A DNA stretch of 64,000 bases from Kiloniellaceae bacterium (GTDB lineage: Bacteria > Pseudomonadota > Alphaproteobacteria > Kiloniellales > J153): assembly GCA_021776055.1 (NCBI GenBank), contig JAJFGP010000142.1, positions 1,298-65,297 of the forward strand, given 5' to 3'. A model generated the notes under the pieces. The model was not told the DNA's origin, did not search any database, and worked only from the letters and a program-made list of their open reading frames with translations. Positions within the stretch are counted from its first letter, which is position 1. Each line of letters begins with the position of its first letter. Positions 6,877 to 16,771 of the stretch are shown piece after piece. The translations under genes were made by a program, and so were the position numbers.

Positions 6877-9392
6877 CTGTCCCGATTAAGCTCGCGCAGT
6901 TTGGCGAACGGCGACTCCGCAGCCGGCGATGGCCGTCGGCGTCGGGCGCGCGCCTTGCCGCCTGCCTTGCCATTGGCCGATCGGTCGGGGGTAAGAACCT
7001 GAGTTCCCTCCGGCAACCGGCGCACCTGATAGCCAAGGGCCGCAAGCACCTCCTCCGCCTCGGTCATACCACCAGCGAGATCCCTGATACGCGGCGGTAC
7101 GGCGAAGGGGCCTTGGGTTGCCAGCCGCCGCGCCTCTCGCGCCAGCCGCTCCAGGGTATCGGCACGCAATATAGACCCGCCCATCTGGCGATAACCCATT
7201 GCCTGATAGTGGGCGAGATCGATCCCGGCCACCGGCGGCATGCGCCGGCCCAGTCGCGGCAGGAGCGGCGGCGTCATCTTGCGGTGCAAGGCCCATAAAT
7301 GACCCCGTAAGCGCGCCGAGCGCGACGGCAAAAGCGCCGGCAGAAAAATGCTTTCGGCCCCCAACCGCACGCCAAGATCAGCCAGGGCACGCCGGTCGGC
7401 GCGGGTCAATCCGCGCACTTGATCCGCAACCCCGCGCCGCGGAACCAGTCCGAACGCTTCGGCCAACTGGAACAACAGCCCGCGCAGATGCCCGCCCAAT
7501 CCGGGGCGCGCAGCAGCATCGGCCAAGCGATATAACGGCGCTAGTTCGGATTCCAGATAGCGGCGCAGCCAATCCGCAAGCCGCAGGCGCAACCGCTCGC
7601 GGCTGCGCCCATCGAGGAACTCGCTGGCCAAGGGATCGATCTCGGGCCGCAGCGCGCTTTCGCCGCGCGTCAGCTTGGCAACGGCCATGCCGCGCCAGGC
7701 CAGACGGCCGTCCGCCTCGAGCGTGAAGGCATCGTCCGCATCGCGTTCCAAATCGCGCACACGGCCCGGCATGGTTCCCGTCAACGCCCGACGCGCCGCG
7801 GTCAGCAGAGGCTTGGCCTCGGCGCCATCTACGGTCCCATCGGCCCGGAACTGGAAGCCCTCCAACCGACCGACGAATTCGCCCTCCACCAGAACGTCGC
7901 CGTTGTTTTTCACGGCCGCCAAAAGATCGCCGCCAGTCCCGAGCCGGCGTACCAGCATGGCCGCCCGGCGGTCGACGAAACGCTGGGTCAGGCGCTCATG
8001 CAAGCTGTCGGATAGGCGATCCTCTATCTCCCGCGCCCGCTCTTGCCAGTGACCGGCATCGGTCATCCAATCGGCGCGGTGCGATACGTACGTCCAGGTC
8101 CGGATCTGGGTGATGCGGCCAACCAGGGCATCGATGTCCCCATCGATGCGATCGATGCGGGCGACCTGACGAGCCACCCAATCCTCGGGCAAGCGGCCGT
8201 CGCCCGGCGCCAGATAGCGATAGATGCGGGCAAGCAGACGGGCGTGCTGATCGGATAACGTCTTCTGGAAATCCGGAACCTGGCATACCTCCCAGAGCAA
8301 GCGCACGGCCGCCGGGTGGCGCGCCAAGGCCACGATCTCGGCATCGCGGGCCAGGGCGGCGAGGGCTTGCAGATCCTCTGTCCCCCGGACCCGCATGAGC
8401 TGTGGTCCGGGCGGCGGCCGGTCCAAGCTTTTGAGCAGCAGGCGCGGGCTGCGAAAATCCAGATCCCGCGTCCGCCAATAGAGCGTGCGCACGGGATCGA
8501 AGCGGTGGTTTTCCACCGCCTCCACCAACTCGGGTGCTAGCGGGCCGGCATCGCCGGTGGTGCCAAAGGTTCCGGCGGCCATATGGCGGCCGGCGCGGCC
8601 GGCGATCTGCGCCAGTTCCGATGCGCTAAGCGCCCGCACGGTGTGACCGTCGAACTTCGACAAGCGGGCAAAGGCAACATGATCGAGATCCAGGTTGAGC
8701 CCCATGCCGATAGCATCGGTGGCGACCAGGTAATCCACCTCGCCGGATTCGAACATGGCGACCTGGGCGTTGCGCGTGCGCGGGCTCAGTGCCCCAAGGA
8801 CGACGGCCGTACCGCCGCGCTGCCGGCGTATCAATTCGGCCATGGCATAAACCTCGGCGGCGGAGAAGGCGACCACCGCCGAGCGCGGCGGTAACCGAGT
8901 CAGCTTGCGCACACCCGCATAGCTCAAGGTCGAAAATCGCGGCCGCGAAATGTGCTCGGCTTCGGGCACCAGCTTGCGCAGCACCGCGCGAACCGTCTCG
9001 GCACCGAGCAACATGGTCTCGTGCCGGCCACGGGCATGGAGCACCCGATCGGTGAAGATGTGCCCCCGCTCGGCATCGGCGCAAAGCTGTACCTCGTCGA
9101 TGGCGAGAAAATCCACCGGGCGATCCACCGGCATGGACTCGACCGTGCACAGGAAATAGCGGGCGCCGGGCGGGACGATCTTCTCCTCGCCGGTGACCAG
9201 GGCCACGTGCGCCGCCCCTTTCAACCGCACCACACGATCGTAGTTCTCGCGCGCCAGCAGACGCAACGGAAAGCCGATCATGCCGCTGCCGTGGCCGAGC
9301 ATGCGCTCGATCGCCAGATAGGTCTTGCCCGTATTCGTCGGGCCGAGCACGGCGCTAAGGCGGCTCTGGGAAAACTCGGTCATGGGGGCCAT
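6873..9392 (-). CDS. SUV3/MgpS-like ATP-dependent helicase
   Basis: LGPTNTGKT, DEVQL, ATDAIGMGLN, QIAGRAGR; ATG at 9383 is an alternative start. Confidence 0.92.
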   Translation of the reverse strand: MAPMTEFSQSRLSAVLGPTNTGKTYLAIERMLGHGSGMIGFPLRLLARENYDRVVRLKGAAHVALVTGEEKIVPPGARYFLCTVESMPVDRPVDFLAIDEVQLCADAERGHIFTDRVLHARGRHETMLLGAETVRAVLRKLVPEAEHISRPRFSTLSYAGVRKLTRLPPRSAVVAFSAAEVYAMAELIRRQRGGTAVVLGALSPRTRNAQVAMFESGEVDYLVATDAIGMGLNLDLDHVAFARLSKFDGHTVRALSASELAQIAGRAGRHMAAGTFGTTGDAGPLAPELVEAVENHRFDPVRTLYWRTRDLDFRSPRLLLKSLDRPPPGPQLMRVRGTEDLQALAALARDAEIVALARHPAAVRLLWEVCQVPDFQKTLSDQHARLLARIYRYLAPGDGRLPEDWVARQVARIDRIDGDIDALVGRITQIRTWTYVSHRADWMTDAGHWQERAREIEDRLSDSLHERLTQRFVDRRAAMLVRRLGTGGDLLAAVKNNGDVLVEGEFVGRLEGFQFRADGTVDGAEAKPLLTAARRALTGTMPGRVRDLERDADDAFTLEADGRLAWRGMAVAKLTRGESALRPEIDPLASEFLDGRSRERLRLRLADWLRRYLESELAPLYRLADAAARPGLGGHLRGLLFQLAEAFGLVPRRGVADQVRGLTRADRRALADLGVRLGAESIFLPALLPSRSARLRGHLWALHRKMTPPLLPRLGRRMPPVAGIDLAHYQAMGYRQMGGSILRADTLERLAREARRLATQGPFAVPPRIRDLAGGMTEAEEVLAALGYQVRRLPEGTQVLTPDRSANGKAGGKARARRRRPSPAAESPFAKLRELNRDR

Positions 9393-9455
9393 GGGAGAAG
9401 AATCGGTCCCCTGCGCCGCGCTTGCAAGCCCTCAGGGTCAGATACCGGAGTCCAG

Positions 9456-10169
9456 TTACCCTTTACCGCCTTCAATCAAGGGTACGAAGGCGACCGGCAG
9501 GACCGTGCGCTCGGAGACCTTGCCTTGCGCATCTTTGCTGACCAGCAACAGATCTTGCTGCTGCGCCGTAAAGGGATACTGCGCCGCCGCCTTGGAGCGG
9601 TCCACGGGCACCACCAGGCGGCCACCCGGCGCTAACTGCCCGATCAAGGCGGGCGGCACCCGGTGCCAGGCCGCCGCGGTCACGATGATGGCCTCAAAAG
9701 GGGCGTGCTCGGGCCAACCAAGGGCGCCGTCGCCGGCCCGGTGGTCAATGTTGCCGTAGCCGAGATCGCGCAGCCGCGCGGCCGCTTGTTTGGCCAGCTC
9801 GGGCACCACCTCGATCGTCGCCACGCGTGCCGCCAACTCCGCCAACACCGCCGTCTGGTAGCCGCAGCCGGTGCCGATCTCGAGCACCCGGTCGGTCGGC
9901 TCGATCGCCGCCAGATCGGTCATGATCGCCACCATATAGGGTTGCGAGATGGTCTGCCCGTGGCCGATGGGCTGCGGCCGGTTTTCATAGGCGGTGGGCC
10001 GGTTGACCGCGGGCACAAAGGCGTGCCGGGCGACCTTGCCTATCGCCGCCATGACACGCGGATCCAGCGCCTCTTTGCCCAGGTGCTTACGCGTGGCGCG
10101 CACTTCGACGGCGATCTCCTGGACCATCGCCTGGCGGGCCGCCCGCATGTCGCCGTCGCCTTTGCCCAT
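9456..10169 (-). CDS. pcm: Protein-L-isoaspartate O-methyltransferase
   Basis: GQTISQPYMVA, VLEIGTGCGYQTAVLA, GDGALGWPEHAPF, FVPL. Confidence 0.95.
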   Translation of the reverse strand: MGKGDGDMRAARQAMVQEIAVEVRATRKHLGKEALDPRVMAAIGKVARHAFVPAVNRPTAYENRPQPIGHGQTISQPYMVAIMTDLAAIEPTDRVLEIGTGCGYQTAVLAELAARVATIEVVPELAKQAAARLRDLGYGNIDHRAGDGALGWPEHAPFEAIIVTAAAWHRVPPALIGQLAPGGRLVVPVDRSKAAAQYPFTAQQQDLLLVSKDAQGKVSERTVLPVAFVPLIEGGKG

Positions 10170-10212
10170 GCTCCCATCTCCCGCGTCCCATCGGCAAATA
10201 GCCCGGCCGGGA

Positions 10213-10243
10213 CTTGCAGTCGCTAGTCTAATAGCACATATCT
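10213..10243 (+). promoter_or_regulatory. Probable RpoH (sigma32) promoter of htpG
   Basis: CTTG-N18-CACATATCT, resembling alphaproteobacterial heat-shock promoters, upstream of a chaperone. Confidence 0.6.
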
Positions 10244-10271
10244 GCCTCGATTCACCGGTTCAGCAACGCAG

Positions 10272-12224
10272 ATGGAGACCATGGCGAAGAAAAAATCGAC
10301 GACGCAGACGGCTCCCGAAGAGGAAAAACTCGGCTTCCAGACCGAGGTCAGCCGTCTTCTTGAGATCGTCGCCAGCGCCCTTTATTCGAACAAGGAGATA
10401 TTTCTGCGGGAGCTGATCTCCAATGCCTCGGATGCCTGTGACCGGCTGCGCTATGCGGCGCTCACCCAGCCGGAGCTAAGCGCAGGCGACACAGATTTTC
10501 GGATCGAGCTGGCCTGTGATGCCAAGGCCCGGACCCTGAGCATCAGTGACAACGGCATCGGCATGAACCGTGACGATCTGGTGGAAAACCTGGGCACCAT
10601 CGCCCGTTCGGGCACCGCCGCCTTCATGCGCCAGTTGGAGCAGAAATCCGACGGAGCGAATTTGATCGGCCAATTCGGCGTCGGTTTCTACGCCGCCTTC
10701 ATGGTCGCCGATGAAGTTCAGGTCTCCAGCCGCAGGGCCGGTGAGACGCAGGGCTGGCGCTGGACCTCCGACGGCAAGGGCGAGTTTACCGTCGCCCCCA
10801 CCGAGGAGGCGCCCGCGCGCGGTACACGCATTCAGCTGCGCCTGAAGAAAGGCGAGGACGAGTTTCTCGACTCGACGCGCCTACGGCACATCGTCAAAAC
10901 CTACTCCGACCACATTGCCATTCCGGTGGTCCTGCGAGCAGGGGACAAGGATGACGACAAGGAAGAAACGCTCAATGCCGCCTCAGCGATCTGGACGCGG
11001 CCGAAAAGCGAAATCAGCGACGAGGCCTATACCGAGTTTTACCACCACGTCGCGCATGCCTTCGACGAACCGTGGCTGCGCCTACATTTCAAGGCCGAAG
11101 GCGTTTTGGAATACACCGGTCTGCTTTTCATCCCGGCGAGCAAACCCTTCGATCTGTTCCATCCGGAACGCCAGCACGGCGTGAAGCTCTACGTCAAACG
11201 GGTCTTCATCAGCGATCAGTGTGACGATCTGGTGCCGGCTTATTTGCGTTTTCTGCGCGGTGTCATCGATACCGAAGATCTGCCGCTGAACATCAGCCGC
11301 GAGACGCTGCAGCACAGTCCGTTGCTGGCCAAGATCCGCAAGGCGGTTACCAAACGGGTTCTCGCCGAACTCAAGAAGCGGGCCAAGAAGGTCCCCGACG
11401 AATACGACACCTTCTGGGATACCTTCGGCGCCGTCCTGAAAGAGGGCCTCTACGAGGACGCGGACCAGCGCGAGACCTTGCTGGAGCTAACCCGCTTTGC
11501 CACCACGCACGGTGTGGGCACGAATGAGTCGGGGCGCGTTTCTCTGGCCGACTACATCGCGCGCATGCCCGCGGGACAGGAAGCGATCTATTATCTCAGC
11601 GGCGATGACACCGACGCCTTGCGGCGCAGCCCGCATTTGGAAGGGTTCGCGGCCAAGGGTGTCGAGGTATTGCTGTTCAGCGATCCGGTGGACGAGTTCT
11701 GGATTCCGGCGGTGCGCGAATACGCGGGGCGACAGTTCAAATCGGTCACCCGTGGTGCGACCGAGCTGAGCAAGATCGGCGACAAAAAGGACGCCGATGC
11801 CGAGGATAAAACTGACAAGCCGGCGGCACCGGGCATCGATGCCCTCGTGGCCTTCGTCAAGCTGACGCTGACGGACGAGGTCAAGGATGTGCGCGTCTCC
11901 GAACGCTTAACCGATAGTGCCGTGTGCCTGGTTGCTGACGAGGGGGATATCGACATGCACCTGGAGCGGCTGCTCAAGCAGCACCAGCAACTCGATCAGG
12001 CGGCCAAGCGGGTGCTCGAGGTCAATCCCGACCATCCGTTGATCCGGCGCCTGGCCGAGCGCCTGGCCGGGGACGGCGCCGCGAGTGACGAAGCGTTGGC
12101 GGATGCGGCACACCTGTTACTCGATCAGGCGCGCATTCTGGAAGGCGAGCCGCTGCCGGACCCGGCGGCGTTTGGCCGCCGCCTGACATCACTCGTCGAG
12201 CGGGGTTTAACCTCGGGCGACTAA
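10272..12224 (+). CDS. htpG: Chaperone HtpG (Hsp90)
   Basis: YSNKEIFLRELISNASDA, NLGTIARSGT, IGQFGVGFY, DLPLNISRE. Confidence 0.98.
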   Translation: METMAKKKSTTQTAPEEEKLGFQTEVSRLLEIVASALYSNKEIFLRELISNASDACDRLRYAALTQPELSAGDTDFRIELACDAKARTLSISDNGIGMNRDDLVENLGTIARSGTAAFMRQLEQKSDGANLIGQFGVGFYAAFMVADEVQVSSRRAGETQGWRWTSDGKGEFTVAPTEEAPARGTRIQLRLKKGEDEFLDSTRLRHIVKTYSDHIAIPVVLRAGDKDDDKEETLNAASAIWTRPKSEISDEAYTEFYHHVAHAFDEPWLRLHFKAEGVLEYTGLLFIPASKPFDLFHPERQHGVKLYVKRVFISDQCDDLVPAYLRFLRGVIDTEDLPLNISRETLQHSPLLAKIRKAVTKRVLAELKKRAKKVPDEYDTFWDTFGAVLKEGLYEDADQRETLLELTRFATTHGVGTNESGRVSLADYIARMPAGQEAIYYLSGDDTDALRRSPHLEGFAAKGVEVLLFSDPVDEFWIPAVREYAGRQFKSVTRGATELSKIGDKKDADAEDKTDKPAAPGIDALVAFVKLTLTDEVKDVRVSERLTDSAVCLVADEGDIDMHLERLLKQHQQLDQAAKRVLEVNPDHPLIRRLAERLAGDGAASDEALADAAHLLLDQARILEGEPLPDPAAFGRRLTSLVERGLTSGD

Positions 12225-12250
12225 AAAAACATGCTGTAGTTACTGGGTAG

Positions 12251-13027
12251 CTACTGGGCTTGCGCGAGGCTGCCTAGCATCATGACCGCGGCACCGATGA
12301 TCGGGCCGCTGCGACCTTCCTGCACAATCACGGCGCAGCCATAACGGCCGCGCGCCGCCGCATTCGCCAAGTTCAGAGGAATCTCCAGCTCTTCGCCGGT
12401 CCAGGTGCCCAAACGCTCAACGCTGCGCACCACGTTCACGTTGCGGATATTGCGCCCGGAATTTTCGCCGCGTTTAACCTCGGTCTCGTGATCGCTGTCG
12501 TAAATCGCCTGCCACACCGTGGCCCCGGCCTTGGGTGCCGGCCCGGCGGCAATCACCACCATGCCGCCACCATCCGGACGGAAGCTTACACGCACCGCCT
12601 TCTCCCGAACCCGTGCCGCGACAATAGCCGATTCCACCGCGACCCGGTCGGAGCCGACCAGGCTTTGCCGACCGTCGACAATCATCTGCGGCGTAAACAC
12701 ATAGCGTAGCCCCAGCGCACCGGCGTAGCGCCGCTGACGCTCGGTCATCATCGGGCTGCCGTAGGGGTCTTTCCAGCCGATGTAATCCCAGTAATCCACA
12801 TGCAGGGACAACGCGATCACATCCGGCCGCATGGCCAATTCAGTCAAAAATTCATCCGCCGGCGGGCACGAGGAACAGCCTTGCGAGGTAAACAGCTCGA
12901 TCACCACCGGCGGACGCTCGTCGGAGGCCGCCTGCGCGGAAGCCGCGGCCAGGAGTCCGAAAAGTCCGATGAGGGCAACGGCGAGACCGGCTAGGTCTCG
13001 TACCATCCTTGGGGCGGGGAAGTGCAT
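12251..13027 (-). CDS. DUF1223 thioredoxin-like exported protein
   Basis: VVIELFTSQGCSSCPPAD, HVDYWDYIGWKD, TPQMIVDG, GENSGR; start 13027 or 13006. Confidence 0.92.
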   Translation of the reverse strand: MHFPAPRMVRDLAGLAVALIGLFGLLAAASAQAASDERPPVVIELFTSQGCSSCPPADEFLTELAMRPDVIALSLHVDYWDYIGWKDPYGSPMMTERQRRYAGALGLRYVFTPQMIVDGRQSLVGSDRVAVESAIVAARVREKAVRVSFRPDGGGMVVIAAGPAPKAGATVWQAIYDSDHETEVKRGENSGRNIRNVNVVRSVERLGTWTGEELEIPLNLANAAARGRYGCAVIVQEGRSGPIIGAAVMMLGSLAQAQ

Positions 13028-13204
13028 GGAAGGGACAATACGGACCCCGCCGGTCACGAGCGAATCACGTTCGGGTGAAAGGCGCGTGTCCCAAAAACAC
13101 CAGATTTTCTGCGGATTCCAAGGCTCTGGGGACCAGATCAACCTTGAGCCAAACGGCCCGATTCGCCATAGTTGTGGCCACACCTCCCCGGTTCGGAATT
13201 CCCC

Positions 13205-13807
13205 ATGATCTATCTGCTGCGCCACGGCGAGACCGTTTGGAACCTTGCGAACCGCTGGCAGGGCCACCGCGACTCGCCGCTGAGCCGAACCGGCATCGCC
13301 CAGATCGAAGCCATTGGCCATCTCCTGCGCGACAGCATCGACGATCATGGCACTTTTCGCGTCGTGTCGAGTCCGCTGGGCCGGGCTTGGCAAAGTGCTG
13401 TTATCGTGGCGGAGAGCCTGGGCCAAGACACCGACAGCATCGCCCTCGAGCCGCGCTTGAAGGAAATGGCATTCGGCGGCTGGGAGGGCATGACCGTCGC
13501 CGAGATAGAGCAAGCCGAGCCTGGGGCCTGGGCGCGCCGGGAGTCGGACCACTGGTGCTTTCGCCCGCCTGGTGGAGAAAGCTATGCCGATTTGTCGGCG
13601 CGCGTCGCCCCCTGGCTCCAAAGTCTATCGGAAGATGTACGCTTGATCGTCGTCTGCCACGGCGGCACCAGCCGCGTCATTCGCGGCCTCTATGCCAACC
13701 TCCCGCCCGAGGCAACCGTTACCCTTTCGGAAGCCCAGGACGAGGTGCACCGTCTGGCGAACGGAAACATCGACACGCTAATCGGCGGCGGCGATACCGC
13801 TCCCTAA
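13205..13807 (+). CDS. Histidine phosphatase (phosphoglycerate mutase-like) family protein
   Basis: [34 protein letters not shown]. Confidence 0.93.
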   Translation: MIYLLRHGETVWNLANRWQGHRDSPLSRTGIAQIEAIGHLLRDSIDDHGTFRVVSSPLGRAWQSAVIVAESLGQDTDSIALEPRLKEMAFGGWEGMTVAEIEQAEPGAWARRESDHWCFRPPGGESYADLSARVAPWLQSLSEDVRLIVVCHGGTSRVIRGLYANLPPEATVTLSEAQDEVHRLANGNIDTLIGGGDTAP

Positions 13808-16497
13808 CCCGCCTTCATCAAATTGCGCAGCACATAGTGCAGGATGCCGCCGTGGCGGTAGTATTCCACCTCGTCCGCCGTATCGATGCGGCAGAGGAGT
13901 TTGATATCCTCCGTGCCACCGTCCGGGCGGTGGATACGGCAGGCCACGTCCATGCGCGGCTGGATACCGCCAGCGACGCCGGTGATGTCGAACAGCTCGG
14001 CACCGGTAAGCTTCAGGGTCGTCCGGTTCTGCCCGTCCTTAAATTGTAGCGGCAGGATGCCCATGCCCACCAAATTCGAACGGTGAATGCGCTCGAAGCT
14101 TTCGGTGATGACCGCCTTCACGCCGAGTAGGCGGGTTCCCTTGGCCGCCCAGTCGCGGGACGAACCGGTGCCGTATTCCTTGCCGGCGATAACCACCAGA
14201 GGCACGCCTTCGGCTTGATACTTCATGGCGGCGTCATAGATGGACATGACCTCGCCGTCGGGCAGATGCTTGGTAACACCACCCTCGACACCGGGGACCA
14301 TCTCGTTGCGGATGCGGATGTTGGCGAAGGTGCCACGCATCATCACCTCGTGATTGCCGCGCCGGGAGCCATATGAGTTGAAGTCCTGCGGGCGCACTTG
14401 GTACCGCAATAGATACTCACCCGCCGGGCTATCCTTCTTAATCGCCCCGGCCGGAGAGATGTGATCGGTGGTGACCGAATCGGCGAGCAGGGCCAAGACC
14501 CGGGCCCCGGATACATCGGCCAATGCCGCCGGCTCGGCGCCCATCCCCTCGAAGAAGGGGGGGAAACGCGCATAGGTGCTTTCATCCACCCAATCGTAGG
14601 TCAGGCCGGTGGTGCTTTTGACCTTCTGCCATTGCTCCGGCCCCTCGAAGACATTGGCGTAGCGGTCGCTGTACATCTTGGCGGTCAGCGCCTTTTCGAT
14701 GGTCTCGCCGATCTCCTTACTCGACGGCCAGATATCGCGCAGATAGACCGGCGCGCCGGACGCGTCTTCGCCCAACGGGTCCTTGACCAGATCGATGGTC
14801 ATGGACCCAGCCAAGGCATAGGCGACGACCAAGGGCGGCGAGGCCAGATAGTTGGCCCGGCAATGGGGGCTGATGCGGCCTTCGAAATTGCGGTTGCCGG
14901 AGAGCACCGAGCAGACCACCAGATCGCCCGATTCGACGGCCCCGGCGATGGGTGCGGGCAGCGGCCCGGAATTGCCGATGCAGGTGGTACAGCCATAGCC
15001 CACCAAGTTGAAGCCCAGCGCGTCCAAATCCTTCTGCACCCCGGCCTTCTCCAGATAGTCGGTTACCACCTGCGAGCCAGGCGCGAGCGAGGTCTTCACC
15101 CATGGCTTGACCGTCAGCCCCTTGGCCAAAGCGTTGCGGGCGAGCAAACCGGCGCCCAGCATGACGCTGGGATTGGAGGTGTTGGTGCAACTGGTGATCG
15201 CGGCGATGACCACATCGCCGTGCGCTAGCTTGTAGTTAGCGCCCTCGACCGTCACGCCGGCGTCACGGCCGCCGCCTTTGCCGTCGGTCTCCTTGGCCAG
15301 AAACGTGCCGAACGCGGCCGCGGCGGTGGACAACGCGACTTTGTCCTGGGGCCGCTTGGGGCCGGCCAGGGACGGCTCGACCGTGCCCAAATCCAGGCTC
15401 AGGGTATCGCTGAAGACCGGGTCCGGTGTGTCCGCCGTCCACCACAGGCCTTGCGCCTTGGCATAGGCCTCGACCAACGCGATCCGCTTTTCGTCGCGGC
15501 CGGTAAAGCGCAGGTAGCGGATGGTCTCCTTGTCGATGGGGAAGAGGCCGCAGGTCGCGCCGTATTCCGGCGCCATGTTGGCGATGGTCGCGCGGTCCGC
15601 CAGACCCAGGGCATCCAGGCCGGGGCCGTAAAACTCGACGAACTTGCCGACCACGCCGCGGGTGCGCAGCATTTGGGTGACGGTCAGCACCAGATCGGTG
15701 GCCGTCGCCCCTTCGGGCAACTTGCCGGTGAGATTGAAGCCAACCACCTCGGGGATGAGCATGGAGACCGGCTGGCCGAGCATGGCGGCCTCGGCCTCGA
15801 TACCGCCGACACCCCAGCCGAGCACCGCCAGGCCGTTGACCATGGTGGTATGGCTATCGGTTCCGACCAGGGTATCCGGATAGGCAACGGTGGCGCCGTC
15901 ATCGGCCTTGGTCCAGACTACCTGGGCCAAGTATTCCAGGTTCACCTGATGGCAGATGCCGGTGCCCGGCGGCACCACCCGGAAGTTGTCGAAAGCACCC
16001 TGACCCCAACGCAAGAATTCATAGCGCTCACCGTTACGCTCGAACTCCCGCTCCACGTTCGTCTTGAAGGAATCGGGTCCGCCGAAGGCATCGACCATCA
16101 CCGAATGGTCGATCACCAGATCCACCGGCGAGAGCGGGTTTATCTTCTTCGCATCCCCGCCCATGGCCTGCATGGCCTCACGCATGGCGGCCAGATCAAC
16201 CACCGCCGGCACGCCCGTGAAATCCTGCATTAAAACCCGTGCCGGGCGATAGGCGATCTCGCGGTCCGAGCGGCGGTCCTTTAACCAGGCGGCGACCGCC
16301 TTGATGTCGTCGGTGGTGACGCTGCGCCCGTCCTCGTGGCGCAACAGGTTTTCCAGCAAAATCTTGAGCGAAACCGGGAGCCGCGAAAGATCGCCGAGGC
16401 CAGCTTGCGACGCGGCCTCCAGGCTGTAGTAGTCATAGCTTTCGCCACCGGCTTGCAGCGTACGGCGGGTCTTGAGGCTGTCGATCCCCTGGCTCAC
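13804..16497 (-). CDS. acnA: Aconitate hydratase A
   Basis: [51 protein letters not shown]. Confidence 0.99.
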   Translation of the reverse strand: MSQGIDSLKTRRTLQAGGESYDYYSLEAASQAGLGDLSRLPVSLKILLENLLRHEDGRSVTTDDIKAVAAWLKDRRSDREIAYRPARVLMQDFTGVPAVVDLAAMREAMQAMGGDAKKINPLSPVDLVIDHSVMVDAFGGPDSFKTNVEREFERNGERYEFLRWGQGAFDNFRVVPPGTGICHQVNLEYLAQVVWTKADDGATVAYPDTLVGTDSHTTMVNGLAVLGWGVGGIEAEAAMLGQPVSMLIPEVVGFNLTGKLPEGATATDLVLTVTQMLRTRGVVGKFVEFYGPGLDALGLADRATIANMAPEYGATCGLFPIDKETIRYLRFTGRDEKRIALVEAYAKAQGLWWTADTPDPVFSDTLSLDLGTVEPSLAGPKRPQDKVALSTAAAAFGTFLAKETDGKGGGRDAGVTVEGANYKLAHGDVVIAAITSCTNTSNPSVMLGAGLLARNALAKGLTVKPWVKTSLAPGSQVVTDYLEKAGVQKDLDALGFNLVGYGCTTCIGNSGPLPAPIAGAVESGDLVVCSVLSGNRNFEGRISPHCRANYLASPPLVVAYALAGSMTIDLVKDPLGEDASGAPVYLRDIWPSSKEIGETIEKALTAKMYSDRYANVFEGPEQWQKVKSTTGLTYDWVDESTYARFPPFFEGMGAEPAALADVSGARVLALLADSVTTDHISPAGAIKKDSPAGEYLLRYQVRPQDFNSYGSRRGNHEVMMRGTFANIRIRNEMVPGVEGGVTKHLPDGEVMSIYDAAMKYQAEGVPLVVIAGKEYGTGSSRDWAAKGTRLLGVKAVITESFERIHRSNLVGMGILPLQFKDGQNRTTLKLTGAELFDITGVAGGIQPRMDVACRIHRPDGGTEDIKLLCRIDTADEVEYYRHGGILHYVLRNLMKAG

Positions 16498-16653
16498 GGC
16501 GGTAACTCCTCGAGGTCTTTTGCAAAAGGCCGGCGCACGAATCGGGCCCGGCAGCGCTAGTCATACCGCATCAACCGTTACTCAAACCAGTGCAACCCGC
16601 ACGGGTAAGCCATGCATCCGAGCAAACACTTGACCCTGTGTCCTTATTAGACT

Positions 16654-16668
16654 TTATCTATGGGATAA
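16654..16668. promoter_or_regulatory. Candidate operator TTATC-N5-GATAA in the acnA / ligase-operon divergent region
   Basis: Dyad containing a T-N11-A core, downstream of TTGACC at 16630. Confidence 0.35.
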
Positions 16669-16735
16669 GGCTGGCACGGCCCCACCAACTGGGAGAGGGG
16701 GAGCCGAAAAAATTTGCCGGCCCGTGGGAGGTAAA

Positions 16736-16771
16736 ATGACCGGACACACCGTTGCCGGGGGCGTGCTGTGA
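16736..16771 (+). CDS. Candidate 11-codon leader ORF (MTGHTVAGGVL) coupled to the ligase start
   Basis: GGGAGG RBS before ATG 16736; its TGA overlaps GTG 16768. Confidence 0.35.
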   Translation: MTGHTVAGGVL

